63,961 bases of DNA, filler included, from Octopus bimaculoides (GCF_001194135.2; 7 parts of 7 records of this genome joined end to end with filler, not necessarily neighbours in it); one strand, 5' to 3'; positions 27,484 through 39,268 are shown, counted from the first letter of the whole stretch. A program made the numbers and translations. Notes: generated by a model from the sequence alone, not told the origin.

Positions 27484-27868
27484 TGTGGAGGCGCAATGGC
27501 CCAGTGGTTAGGGCAGCGGATTCGCGGTCATAGGATCGCGGTTTCGATTCCCAGACCAGGAGTCGTGAGTGTTTATTGGGCGAAAACACCTAAAGCTCCA
27601 CGAAGCTCCGACAGGGGATGATGGCCATCCCTACTGTACTCTTTCACTACAACTATCTCACACTCTTACTTCCTGTTTCTGTTGTGCCTGTAATTCAAAG
27701 GGCCAGCCTTGTCACACTGTGTCACGTTGAATATCCCCGAGAACTACGTTAAGGGTACACGTGTCTGGGGAGTGCTCAGCCACATGCACGTTAATTTCAC
27801 GAGCAGGCTGTTCCGTTGATCGGATCAACTGGAACTCTCGACGTCGTAAGCTACGGAGTGCCAGCAAC
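27484..27868 (+). mobile_element. tRNA-headed SINE family B, full length, with a 10-bp target-site duplication
   Basis: TGGCCCAGTGG A box, GGTTTCGATTCC B box; AGTGCTAAAC at 27470-27479 and 27872-27881. Confidence 0.9.
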
Positions 27869-28959
27869 AGCAGTGCTAAACAAGTACTTATTTTATCGAG
27901 TGTGAAAGTATGAATGGCAAAGTCAACCTCGGCAGAATTTGAACTCGGAACGCAAAGATGGACGAAATGCCATTAAAACATTTTTGCCAAGCTCGTTGAA
28001 TTAGATCAGCTAGAAACAATAGCTGAGCTTTGTGAAACACAGTGAAACACACTGGCTCAATGACTTCATGCCTGAATAAAAATAACGAAGTACGCGTTTC
28101 TAAAACATGTGACTCTGGGAACAATAGACAACGATATACGCACATACTAGAAATTATTGATGTAATATCTGTCATCGATTTGTAAACCCATTACAATAAC
28201 ATTTTTGTTTACAACCAAATATAATTACAGCTTTCCTATATTAAATTTCATACTGACAATGTTTGTGCACTTCAAACTAATGCTGTAGCAAGTAATGTTA
28301 ACTCAAGTAAATATTTTTTTTATTTATTTGTATTTATTGTGGTCGGTGGTGGTGAATTGCTTTCAAATTCATTTAGGTTAACATTAAGAAATAAGTTGAA
28401 AAATATTTTGTGTACATTTTAGAAAAAAATCTTACGAAAGTTATGTTATGTAAATGTTTATGTAATTAAAATATGGCTAATATTTCTTCTCTTTCACTGT
28501 CTACTAAGATTATTAACTCAAAGCAAGTTATTCTTATAGGAATTTTAGTAGAACTGTTCTGAAATACCGATTATTAGACACTTAGAATTAAGTATAAAAT
28601 TAGTTCCAATGTAATCAATCTGTCATTGTTTAGTGTATATGACCGCTCAAGTGGGTACTACTAAATACATATATTGAGAGAGTTTCATTGAGCAGAAAGA
28701 GCAGCCAGTTTTTTATTACTTGTGATATATCAACATTGTTCTAAAACTTCAAACAATTATTTCCTTGTGTTTTGTGTAAGGATATGTGTAACGTTGTATA
28801 GCGTTTTGTATAACGATCTACTAGATCTAAAGACATCAACATAACCACACAGACTATAAGAAATAGCAGCCAAATCCCTCTCAGTTACCATAAAGTAGCA
28901 TTAGAAAAGTATAAATACAGACAGGAGAATAAACGTGCTTCATATGTTCTTAATGCGTT

Positions 28960-29375
28960 AAGGAGCCTGCTTCCTAACCACATGGTTCCGAGTGCAGTCC
29001 CACTGCGTGGTACATTCATTCAGTGTCCTCTACTATAGCCTGGGGCCGAGCAAAGGCTTGCGAGTGGATTTCTTAGACGAAAACTAAAAGAAGCCCGTCG
29101 TCTGTATATGTGTGTGTGTATGTGTCTCTGTGTGCATGCGTGTGTGCGTGTGTGTGAGTGTCTTTGCATCTGCATTTGTCCCCCAAATGACGCTTGTGAA
29201 CCGGTGTTGGTGCGCTTATGTCCCCGTCACTTAGCGGTTTGGCAAAACAGGCCGATTGGCTAAGTACTTGGCTTTAAGATATAAGATCTGGCGTCGATTT
29301 ATTAGAATAAACAATTGAACAATTGCTCCAGCATGGCTGTAGTTAATTGAGTGAAAGAAGTAAAAGCATAAAAGG
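28960..29375 (+). mobile_element. Diverged SINE family A
   Basis: cctgcttcctaaccacatggttccgagtgcagtccc...gctccagcatggctgtag. Confidence 0.75.
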
Positions 29376-30396
29376 AGAAAGGAACGATATGTTTGTTACC
29401 TCCCCATTTCTTTCTCTTTGTATCTCTCTTTATCTATATATACATGCATACATACACACACACACACACAAACACAGACACACAAACATATACACATACA
29501 TANNNNNNNNNNNNNNNNNNNNNNNNNNNNNNNNNNNNNNNNNNNNNNNNNNNNNNNNNNNNNNNNNNNNNNNNNNNNNNNNNNNNNNNNNNNNNNNNNN
29601 NNNNNNNNNNNNNNNNNNNNNNNNNNNNNNNNNNNNNNNNNNNNNNNNNNNNNNNNNNNNNNNNNNNNNNNNNNNNNNNNNNNNNNNNNNNNNNNNNNNN
29701 NNNNNNNNNNNNNNNNNNNNNNNNNNNNNNNNNNNNNNNNNNNNNNNNNNNNNNNNNNNNNNNNNNNNNNNNNNNNNNNNNNNNNNNNNNNNNNNNNNNN
29801 NNNNNNNNNNNNNNNNNNNNNNNNNNNNNNNNNNNNNNNNNNNNNNNNNNNNNNNNNNNNNNNNNNNNNNNNNNNNNNNNNNNNNNNNNNNNNNNNNNNN
29901 NNNNNNNNNNNNNNNNNNNNNNNNNNNNNNNNNNNNNNNNNNNNNNNNNNNNNNNNNNNNNNNNNNNNNNNNNNNNNNNNNNNNNNNNNNNNNNNNNNNN
30001 NNNNNNNNNNNNNNNNNNNNNNNNNNNNNNNNNNNNNNNNNNNNNNNNNNNNNNNNNNNNNNNNNNNNNNNNNNNNNNNNNNNNNNNNNNNNNNNNNNNN
30101 NNNNNNNNNNNNNNNNNNNNNNNNNNNNNNNNNNNNNNNNNNNNNNNNNNNNNNNNNNNNNNNNNNNNNNNNNNNNNNNNNNNNNNNNNNNNNNNNNNNN
30201 NNNNNNNNNNNNNNNNNNNNNNNNNNNNNNNNNNNNNNNNNNNNNNNNNNNNNNNNNNNNNNNNNNNNNNNNNNNNNNNNNNNNNNNNNNNNNNNNNNNN
30301 NNNNNNNNNNNNNNNNNNNNNNNNNNNNNNNNNNNNNNNNNNNNNNNNNNNNNNNNNNNNNNNNNNNNNNNNNNNNNNNNNNNNNNNNNNNNNNNN

Positions 30397-30458
<62 letters not shown>

Positions 30459-30639
30459 GTATGCAACTATATATACATATATATACAAGTATATATACAT
30501 ATATATTTGCATATATAAGATATATACATACATATATTTGCTTACATATTATATACACACATGCACATATTTATATATGCATACATTTGTACGCCATGAT
30601 GTAAGATATAATGATATTGTGTAACGCCTGTTAGAAAAC

Positions 30640-31850
30640 CAGAGCAATACCAGAGGACTTGACAAGGAGTATCATAGCGAAGCTAGCAAAGCAAAGTAGT
30701 CTCAGTGATTGCAGCATCGTGCATGCTATTGTCTGATACTCGGTACCAGTCATGTTTTTTTATTCACTCCTGGTACAACGTTTGAAAGAGGCGTTGAATG
30801 AAAGATTCAGAGAAGTGCAGGCAGGATCCTGGGCAGTTAAATCGTGCTCTGTACCGATCTTTTAGTGCAGAATATTGTGGAACGTAGAATTCCAGGAACA
30901 ACTAGTCATCAGCATTATCGATTAAAAAGAAAAGAAAGGTTTGATTGGTTTCAGAAAGAAATACTGTGGTGCTGTACCAATGAATATTATTTCCCAGAGG
31001 AAGATATCGTCAACTTCAAGGGTCTGTATTCCGACTGATGTTGCTATGTAACAAGTGAAAGCGACAACATAGAATCCTTAGACGCCGTTACAATTGTGAG
31101 TCAGGGTTGTCTCCTGTCACATCTGCTGTTTTTTCTGCTTGTCGATTTAGTCATGAGGAGAGCCATAAATGGGTCAACTGCCGGAATACTGTGGACTGTA
31201 GGTAGACACCAAGTTGATTGGGACTACGTAGATTACGTTGTGCTCCCGGCTGAATCCGCTCAGGGCTCCAGCAATTCTGAGGAAGGAGCGATGCCAATTC
31301 CTGTGAATTAAAAAGATCCGTTGAAGACACCACCAATTTCATCTACCTGAGTAGCATCAATACCACAGAAGTGAAATGTTAATTAGGTAATTGTCAACGC
31401 TAGAATCGGGCGTGCAGCGGCAGTGTTCAGAAAAATAACCAAGATCTGGGTTAATTCTTCGATTAGCAACGGTTTGCCTATCCTGCTATATCAGAACATT
31501 GACCTCTCAAGATTCTACGCAGCGGAGACTTGGAAAATGACTGTCGAAATTACTCATCGGCTAGATTCAGCCCACCAACCGAGTCTTTACAGCATACTCA
31601 AAATCAACTACACGGTGCACTTGAGTATTCTTACGAATTGTAAGGCCCTAACAAGAGACAATCTACGATGCTTGTAGGAGATTTTAGCAGAAATACAGTG
31701 AGACGTTCAGGTCGTGTTTTTTAACAACCAAAAGAATCAACATTCAAGACAAGTATACAATCGATAGCACCAGTGGGAAGAAGAAAGTGGAGACACAAGA
31801 CGTTACGGTTGACACCTTCAAAGAAAATCTGAGGGAACTTAAGATCACCT
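30640..31850 (+). mobile_element. Heavily decayed RTE-type LINE (RT domain to C-terminal region)
   Basis: Fragments QRLKEALNERFREVQAG, VSQGCLLSHLLFFLLVDLVMRRA, DWDYVDY (degenerate YADD), YAAETWKMT; many frameshifts. Confidence 0.8.
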
Positions 31851-32214
31851 GAGAAGATGCAGGTGACTATGATTAAAACCAGATTCATTTGGGATGTCTT
31901 GATACCTGATGTAGAGATCAGCTCTACGGGGGAAGCAAATACTGTGATAGTTCGGAATATAGAACTCTACAGTTATTTCAATCTCTATCAGAACGCAGCT
32001 CACAATACACAAAATAATGGTACTATGAGTGGTAGAATGCAAAATTCTTTTAGTACACCATATCAGAATCATCCTGGGAATTAATATATTAGAAGAGTTT
32101 CTATGTGATATGGCAAATGTTGGCAACGGAAGACAAATACATCCTATTTATTCAAAACATATTGAAATATTAAAGATTGTAGTTCCTAATCCATAAAATT
32201 TTACTAGTTGGTAA

Positions 32215-32620
32215 AAACTGGGTCAGCGACTGTGAAACACGTGGTTTGCACTTGCGGATAGCCACATCCGCCCCAATAGCTCATAGAGAGACATGGTCTA
32301 AGGGCTGAGAATACAGGCGTTCTCCACTGCCACAGTCTTGACAATTAACCTGTCAGCGATCGACCGTTACTGAGACAGGTTCTATTTCTTAGTTTGGGGA
32401 GCTTCGGAGCTTGGTCTGCTTGCTGAAATATTTTCAATATACAAGGAAATCACAGAAATCAAGAAGAGGTTATGCAGAATGTTAAAATGCCAGGATAAAA
32501 TATAATCGGTTATGGAAAGGTAGGCTTCGAAACCGCGCGCATTCTCTCCAGAGGACCCCATTTTCTGGCTTCCGGTATGCGGAGCTCTCGACTGTTAGGA
32601 CTTCCATGTGCAAGTTTGCA
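32215..32620 (-). mobile_element. Possible decayed L1/Tx1-like LINE C-terminal remnant
   Basis: Higher-GC island; minus strand CQDCGSGE...DH zinc-knuckle-like peptide; weak. Confidence 0.25.
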
Positions 32621-32972
32621 AAACATCAGTTTGGTATTAAAACTTGAACTAACCCCATAAACTGTGGAGAAACACAGGAAAAATAAAAAACCTAAAACGG
32701 CTACATTATTACATGTTGGTAGCTGAATATTTAGGTCAACTAAAAATAAATTTAAAATATCGCTGAAGACAACAACGTGGAATAAAGCAATATCTTTAAG
32801 ATGAATTTATAGTCATACGGCAACGATATAAAAAAGTAAATTTCTATATTAGATAAATTAAATTGACACACACACAGAAATAAAAACAAATAAAAATACT
32901 GAGAACAAAATAAAAGAATCAATACATATACATATGTAAATACATACATACACACACGCAGACACACACACG

Positions 32973-33038
<66 letters not shown>

Positions 33039-33241
33039 NNNNNNNNNNNNNNNNNNNNNNNNNNNNNNNNNNNNNNNNNNNNNNNNNNNNNNNNNNNNNN
33101 NNNNNNNNNNNNNNNNNNNNNNNNNNNNNNNNNNNNNNNNNNNNNNNNNNNNNNNNNNNNNNNNNNNNNNNNNNNNNNNNNNNNNNNNNNNNNNNNNNNN
33201 NNNNNNNNNNNNNNNNNNNNNNNNNNNNNNNNNNNNNNNNN

Positions 33242-33269
<28 letters not shown>

Positions 33270-33281
<12 letters not shown>

Positions 33282-33497
33282 TGTGTGTCTGTGTTTGTCC
33301 CCACCCCCATCATCGATTGACAACCGGTAGTGGTGTGTTTCCGTTCCCGTAACTTAGCGGTTCGGCAAAAGATTACGGTAGAATAAGTACGAAGCTTCCA
33401 AAGAATAAATCCTGGGGTCGATTTACTCGACTAAAAGGCGGTGCTCCAGCATGGACGCAGTCAAATAACTGAAACAAGTAAACTAGAAATAAAAGAG
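33270..33497 (+). mobile_element. SINE family A, 3' half
   Basis: gtttgtccc...ggcggtgctccagcatgg...gaaacaagta; follows a (TA)n run and a gap. Confidence 0.85.
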
Positions 33498-33503
33498 AAT
33501 TAA

Positions 33504-33669
33504 ATAGGCGCAGGAGTGGCTGTGTGTTAAGTTTACTGCTTACCAACCACATGGTCCAGACTTTAGTCCCACTGCGTGGCACCTTGGGCAGGTGTCCTCT
33601 ACTGGTGCCTTTAGCCGACCAAAGAATTCTGAGTGGATTTGGTAGACGGAAACTGGAAGAAGCCCGTCG

Positions 33670-33700
<31 letters not shown>

Positions 33701-33915
33701 GTTTGTGTATATTTTTGTGCGTTTGCTTATCCCCCCAACATCGCTTGAGAAGCGAGGCTGGTGTGTTTGCGTACCCGGAACTTAGCGGTTCAGCAAAAGT
33801 GACCGATAGAATAAGTACTAGGCTTACAAAGAATAAGCTCTGGTGTCGATTTGCTCGACTATAAAGGCGGTGCTCCAGCATGGCCGCAGTCAAATGACTG
33901 AAACAAGTAAAAGGG
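33504..33915 (+). mobile_element. SINE family A, full length
   Basis: Same head, microsatellite and tail; preceded by another 3' half at ~33270-33497. Confidence 0.9.
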
Positions 33916-33916
33916 T

Positions 33917-34149
33917 ATCATTTATATGTTACGGATATTTGTCCTCATCTTGTTTGTTGTTAACACAACGTTTCGGCTGGTATACCCTCCAGCCTTCTTC
34001 AAGTGTCTTGGAGAAATTTCGGACCAGGGTTCTCATTCGTAAGATATGTTCTGATATCATTATTATTATTATTATTATTCAGGTCACTGCCTGGAATCGA
34101 ACTCCGAATCTTAGTGTTAGTAGCCCGTGCTCTTAACCCCTAAGCCATA
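33917..34149 (-). mobile_element. Full-length tRNA-headed, hammerhead-bearing SINE-like element (family H)
   Basis: Minus strand reads: A-box-like TGGCTTAGGGG, B box GAGTTCGATTCC (34093-34104), (AAT)n, body, hammerhead motif, tail AACAACAAACAAGATGAGGACAAATATCCG. Confidence 0.85.
33962..34007 (-). ncRNA. Minimal type-I hammerhead ribozyme motif (C3U variant)
   Basis: GACAC-TTGAAGA-A-GGCTGG(agggtata)CCAGCC-GAA-ACGT-T-GTGTT: 5-bp stem I, 6-bp stem II, palindromic ACGT stem III. Confidence 0.7.
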
Positions 34150-34906
34150 AAGAACTGAATGAAAGAAAGTTTAGGTTTAGCTGTAGGATGTAGATGTAGT
34201 CCAGTAGTTCTTGCATACTATTGGTTTACTTTAGTTCAGGCTACCTCCTGGTCTCAGTAGGCAAAATGGAAAATGCATTGTCGTGGAGGGTGTCGAGGAA
34301 GATGAGCTGGAACAGCCCGATTGTGGTGAACTGAATTGTAGTACCGGAGCTGATAACACCGGGAGTCTACACTGCCACAGGATCGCTCATGAACCTATCA
34401 GAGAGCAACTGATACTTTGACAGTTTGCATTTGTCAGCTTGACTAGTAGCGGACTGGGCTGAGAGATGAACACTGATATCCCAGATGAGGGGCGTACCGC
34501 AACGGACCGCAAAAATTGTCATATCCCATTAAAATTGATTGAATTTGCTATTCAGAAAAATGAAAGATTGAAAACAAGAAGAAAAATGAAAAATGAAATA
34601 CTAAGAAAGAAACAAAATACATTCCTTATATATTTCATATTTGAACCCAAGTAATACCCCGGAAAGAGCGCGGGGTGGATACAGGTAAGTTCCCCCAAAA
34701 TTTGTATATCATTCTGTCAAAGGTTCCGGATGAACCTACTTCGCGGCGCGATTTCTAAATGAAGGCAGCAACACCAAACACCCTCGTTCATTATAAGCAA
34801 TATATTAGAGGAGGTTTTCAAGTAATGGAAACGGAGCAAAACTAACGGCAGTGCACCAGAAATGTGAACCAATAAAAGAGTGGATGATATATCTATATAT
34901 CAATAT

Positions 34907-35006
34907 NNNNNNNNNNNNNNNNNNNNNNNNNNNNNNNNNNNNNNNNNNNNTTAATTAATTAANNNNNNNNNNNNNNNNNNNNNNNNNNNNNNNNNNNNNN
35001 NNNNNN
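34907..35006. other. Artificial scaffold-joining linker
   Basis: Same 100-bp pattern. Confidence 0.95.
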
Positions 35007-35285
35007 AACCTGATCTAACAGCTTGATGCCTCTGTAATTATTTGTATCTAAAGCGTCACCTTTACCTTTGTAGCAGTTGACTATGATGCTGCTACACCAG
35101 TCATTGGGTATGACTCCTTCGTGTATCACCTGGTTCGTAATACGGGTGACTAGGCTATAGCCAACACTGCCAGATATTTTGAGCATTTCTGCAGTGATTC
35201 CTGATGGGCAGGGGGCTTTCCCGGTCTTCATACTCTTAATTGCTTTATCTACCCCAGTACTATCAACTCGGATAGCTGGTCCCTC
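35007..35285 (-). mobile_element. RTE-clade LINE ORF2 fragment (N-terminal part of the reverse transcriptase)
   Basis: MKTGKAPCPSGITAEMLK...IPNDWCSSIIVNCYKGKGDALDTNNYRGIKLLDQV; cut by the scaffold edge. Confidence 0.9.
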
Positions 35286-35353
35286 TATTGGGTCGACATA
35301 CGGCAGGCTCTCTTCCTCCCATATATATATGTGTGTGTGATATATTTTTTCAG

Positions 35354-35468
35354 GAACAGCGACGTGTTGGAAGAGCTTCTCTAGTGACTATGTTCCGTAG
35401 TGATGATCTCCACAAAGCTTTGATGGCATGTAGTGCAGAAGTAATCCTGATGACTTACAATGTTTCCT
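35354..35468 (+). CDS. RB1: RB1-like pocket protein, exon (A box; equivalent to human RB1 exons 15+16): EQRRVGRASLVTMFRSDDLHKALMACSAEVILMTYNVS
   Basis: ttttttcag acceptor; GTAGGT donor in phase 1; aligns with RB1 [35 protein letters not shown]. An alternative donor a few nt away cannot be excluded. Confidence 0.85.
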
Positions 35469-35749
35469 GTAGGTATTCTTCTCTGTTAAACTCATTTGAA
35501 CTTTCAGTTAATGCTTTAACTGTGAAATTAAATTTCATGATTATTTCACTAATGATGTTAAATACCGACCAAAAAATAGAATTGTTATTTTCTGCAAGTC
35601 ACATTAGCTCATAATAAACTTATATATTTCAACAAAAAGTAGTTTTTGAATATGATATTCCTGCTGTTAAGGGTAACGAAATTTTGAGCAGATATACCTG
35701 ATTTCTGCAGCAAAGCGTTAAGATTATTTTAACGCTTTCAGTGTCAAGT

Positions 35750-36135
35750 AGTTATTATTAGACTGCAGCCATGCTGGGGCACCACCTTGAAGAATTTTAG
35801 TTGAATGAATCAACCTCAGTACTTCTTTTTTTAAGCTTAGAATTCATTGTATCAGTTTCTTTTGCCGAACTGCTGTTACGGGGATGTAAACAAACCAACA
35901 TCAGTTGTCAAGCGGTGGTGTGGACAAACAAACATAAAGACATGCATGCGTGCACACACACATACACACATGACAGGCTTCTTTCAGTTTTTCCATTACT
36001 AAATCCACTCTCAAAGATTTGCTCGGCCTGAGACTATAGTAGAAGATACTTGCCCAAGGTGCAATGCAGTGGGACTGAACCTGGAGCCATGTGGTTCAGA
36101 AGCATACTTTATACCACACAGCCACACCTGTGCCT
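35750..36135 (-). mobile_element. SINE family A in the RB1-like intron
   Basis: Reverse complement of the consensus. Confidence 0.8.
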
Positions 36136-36439
36136 GTAGTCAATGTCAATCTTTTATTCTCCACTTTTTGTATACTTGAACACATTCTACTGAATTTTAG
36201 TAAAATATTGTAGCTTCATAGTAATTCAGTAAAATTCACAGACAACATCTGCTGTAAACAAAGACTTACATATTTATTCTTAATCTGTTCCAGCAAATTT
36301 GAATGTGTTATGAACAAATTGACTTAAAATTGAATGTTTGGTTGATGTTATCAATAATGATTTAGACTTTTTTTCCCCTTATAATTATTAGTGGCCTTGG
36401 TTGATATTATCAATAATGTTTCATTTTGAATTTGTCTAG

Positions 36440-36585
36440 TGAACAACGTTGAATCTCAGAACATCCAGCCTGATTTTGTCTTCCCTTGGGTATTGAAAGT
36501 GTTTGATCTAGAGGCATTTTGTTTATTTTTGGTGCTTGAATCTGTCTTAAAATTAGAAAATAAACTACCAGGAGAAATTTGCAGG
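36440..36585 (+). CDS. RB1: RB1-like exon (A box): (L)NNVESQNIQPDFVFPWVLKVFDLEAFCLFLVLESVLKLENKLPGEICR
   Basis: tttgtctag acceptor, GTAAGT donor; gapless match to RB1 [35 protein letters not shown]. Confidence 0.92.
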
Positions 36586-37025
36586 GTAAGTTTTGCTATC
36601 TACTTGTGGATATGTTTCAGTTGCTGTGTGTTGACTTTTAGTTTTCAATGTGTAAGAATATATCTCTGCTATGCACATATTCTAGATGAAATCAGACAAA
36701 AGATTCACTCTCTAGTATAATAAGCCAAACTATTTCATCTACTGTGTCCTCTCTATATATCTCCTATCACTACTACAAATATATGTGTTTTTTTTCTGTT
36801 TGCCAGATATAGATACTCTCTTGTCATATACATACAAAGTATACATGATCCTTCTATCAATCCTTAGATCTTTACTAAATACTTTTTCAGTATCACATAT
36901 CATTGGAGTTCTATCAATGGTCAAGTTGGAAAGCAAACTTCTTACTGCACAGCCATGCCTACACCTATATCTGTATTTAAAAAAAAAAATATTTAAGTTT
37001 TATTAACAGTTAATAAGTTTTATTA

Positions 37026-37419
37026 ACAGGCGTAGGAGTGGCTGTGTGGTAAGTAGCTTGCTTACCAACCACATGGTCCCGGGTTCAGTCCCACTGCGTG
37101 GCATCTTGGGCAAGTGTCTTCTACTATAACCTCGGGCCGACCAATGCCTTGTGAGTAGATTTGGTAGATGGAAACTGAAAGAAGCCTGTCGTATATATAT
37201 ATGTATGTGTTTGTATGTCTGTGTTTGTCCCCCCAACATCGCTTGACAACCAATGCTGGTGTGTTTATGTCTCTGTAACTTAGCGGTTCGGCAAAAGAGA
37301 CCGAAAGAATAAGTACTAGGCTTCCAAAGAATAAGTCCTGGGGTCGATTTGCTCGACTAAAGGCGGTGCTCCAGCATGGCCACAGTCAAAAGACTGAAAC
37401 AAGTAAAAGAGTAAAAGAG
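37026..37419 (+). mobile_element. tRNA-headed SINE family A, full length
   Basis: A box TGGCTGTGTGG, B box GGTTCAGTCC, internal (TA/TG)n, 3' CAGTC-AAAA-GACTG hairpin and (AGTAAAAG)n tail. Confidence 0.9.
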
Positions 37420-37724
37420 TTATCTTTTGCTTCTCCAGATAATGCATTGTTAATCTTCAGTGAAGCATTTTGCAATGGTCTTTTATTTACTCCCCATTTT
37501 TGTGACCAGAGATGTTTAAATATTTTGGATAGCAACCTTAACTGATTAATTTCTTAACCTACACAGCTACACCAGAGCAACCACTGTTTCAGAATTAATT
37601 TAGGAATGGTTGGCTAATAAATAACCAGCTTATCCCTTATGTTCATTCTATTGATTGTTTATCTATGATACATCAAAGATTTAGCAAGTCTGTCAAAACC
37701 ATACCAGCATGGAAAGTGAACATA

Positions 37725-38205
37725 TCATCATCACCATCATCAACATTCAGCATCCGTTTTCCACACATGGGTTGGATGGCTTGACAGGAACTGGCAAGGC
37801 CAGAAACCGCATTAGGTTTCATAGTCTGTTTTGGCTTGGTTTCTACAACCGGATGCCCTTTCTAATGCCAACCACGTTATAGAGTGTGCTGGGTGCCTTT
37901 TACATGGCATCAACACCAATGCTTTTTACATGACACCAGCACCAGTGCTATTACGTAACACCTTGGTTTTAGGATCCCAATTCTGTTGTGGTGGGTAAGT
38001 CTTCTCCAGCACAATAATGCATAACATACCTTGGTCCTCTGTCATCTCCTTTGTAAGGCTCAGTGTTTTGAGATTGGCCTTCAATACTTCGTCCCATGTC
38101 TCTTTGGGTCGCCCTCTTCCTCAACTTTCCTCCGCTTTAAGTGAGTGGCACTTCTTTATGCAATTGTCCTCATCCATCCGTATCACATGACCAAACTAGT
38201 GCAGT
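37725..38205 (-). mobile_element. RTE LINE 3' fragment in the RB1-like intron
   Basis: Minus strand FGHVIRMDEDNCIKKCHSL...GRGRPKETWDEVLKANLKTLSLTKEMTEDQ plus the same 3' tail family. Confidence 0.85.
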
Positions 38206-38504
38206 TAAGATGGCTGTGGCAAGGTGGATTGGGCCATTTGAGAATTAAGTGCCTTGACTACAGATACAATACAATGCAGGTGACAAGATATGAACTTTTG
38301 ACCTCTTGATTATGTTGTCCTTTACCCACTTGGTCATTCTTGTAATAGAAAATACCAAATCACCAGATTCTCCATTCTCCAATTTTAATCAACCTTCTGG
38401 TTAAAAGGAACAGGGAAGGTTTAATGCTTTGTTTATAATTCTGCATACCATCATTACACTTGTTTATCAATATTTTGTTAAATTAAGGTTACAAGTTGAA
38501 AGAA

Positions 38505-38690
38505 TCATTATCACACTGGGCAACATGCTTAGGGGCATTTCATCTATCTTCACGTTCTGAATTCCATTTCTGCTGATGTTGACTTTGCCTTTCATCATTT
38601 CGGGGCCTATAAAATAAGTACCAGTTGAACACTGGGATTGGTGTAATTGATTTACCACCTGGCCTGAACTTGCTGACCTTGTAATCAGTA
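38505..38690 (-). mobile_element. Family C fragment(s) in the RB1-like intron
   Basis: ggcatttcatctatc...gactttgcctttcatc...aaataagtaccagttgaacactgg. Confidence 0.55.
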
Positions 38691-38755
38691 TTTTGTTAAA
38701 TTTATTATTTGATTTGTAATATCTTTAGTTTGAAATTTGTTTGTCTTCTTTGCAG

Positions 38756-38806
38756 CATATTCAGAAAATAGAGCAGGATATTTTGGATTGCCATGCATGG
38801 AAGGAA
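38756..38806 (+). CDS. RB1: RB1-like exon (end of A box): HIQKIEQDILDCHAWKE
   Basis: tctttgcag acceptor, GTAAGT donor, 51 nt; matches RB1 HLERCEHRIMESLAWLS including W563. Confidence 0.92.
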
Positions 38807-38987
38807 GTAAGTGTTACACTGTTAACATTAACATTTAGACCTGTGTGTGCGTGTGTATGCATGCCTGTGAGTGTGTATGCATGTGCATATGCATATGTGT
38901 GCATGTGTATGTTTCTGGGTATGTACATTAGTGGAACCTCTCTCAGTTCACTCCTGATTTATATATACTTTGTCTTATTTATTCCAG

Positions 38988-39070
38988 GGCAGGTCAGTGT
39001 TTGAGATCTCAAATGAGGATCTGGAGAACCTCTTAGAAGCAAAAAATGGTGAAAATGCAACAAATCTAAT
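38988..39070 (+). CDS. RB1: RB1-like exon (spacer start): GRSVFEISNEDLENLLEAKNGENATNL(M)
   Basis: tattccag acceptor, GTAAGT donor; ends AT|G splitting a Met codon, as human exon 18 does at M605. Confidence 0.85.
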
Positions 39071-39268
39071 GTAAGTCTAGTTACTTAACATTATCATCAT
39101 TTAGATACAAAGTTATTACCAGTTCATATATGCTTGGGGCATATTCAAACCTGCAAGAAAGTCATTCACTGTGTTTTGTCATGGAGAAAATTTCTTGCTG
39201 TTGATAAATGATGTAAATACACCTAAAATCAGCTCGCAGAGCCACCTATCCAGACTGTGAAACACATG

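Noticed and set aside
34951-34962. TTAATTAATTAA as a homeodomain or regulatory palindrome
   Set aside because: It is embedded in fixed-length N padding and is an artificial linker.
37370-37419. Family A tail hairpin followed by GAAACAAGTA as a hammerhead
   Set aside because: No CUGANGA core and no stem I; it is better explained as a LINE-type 3' stem-loop.
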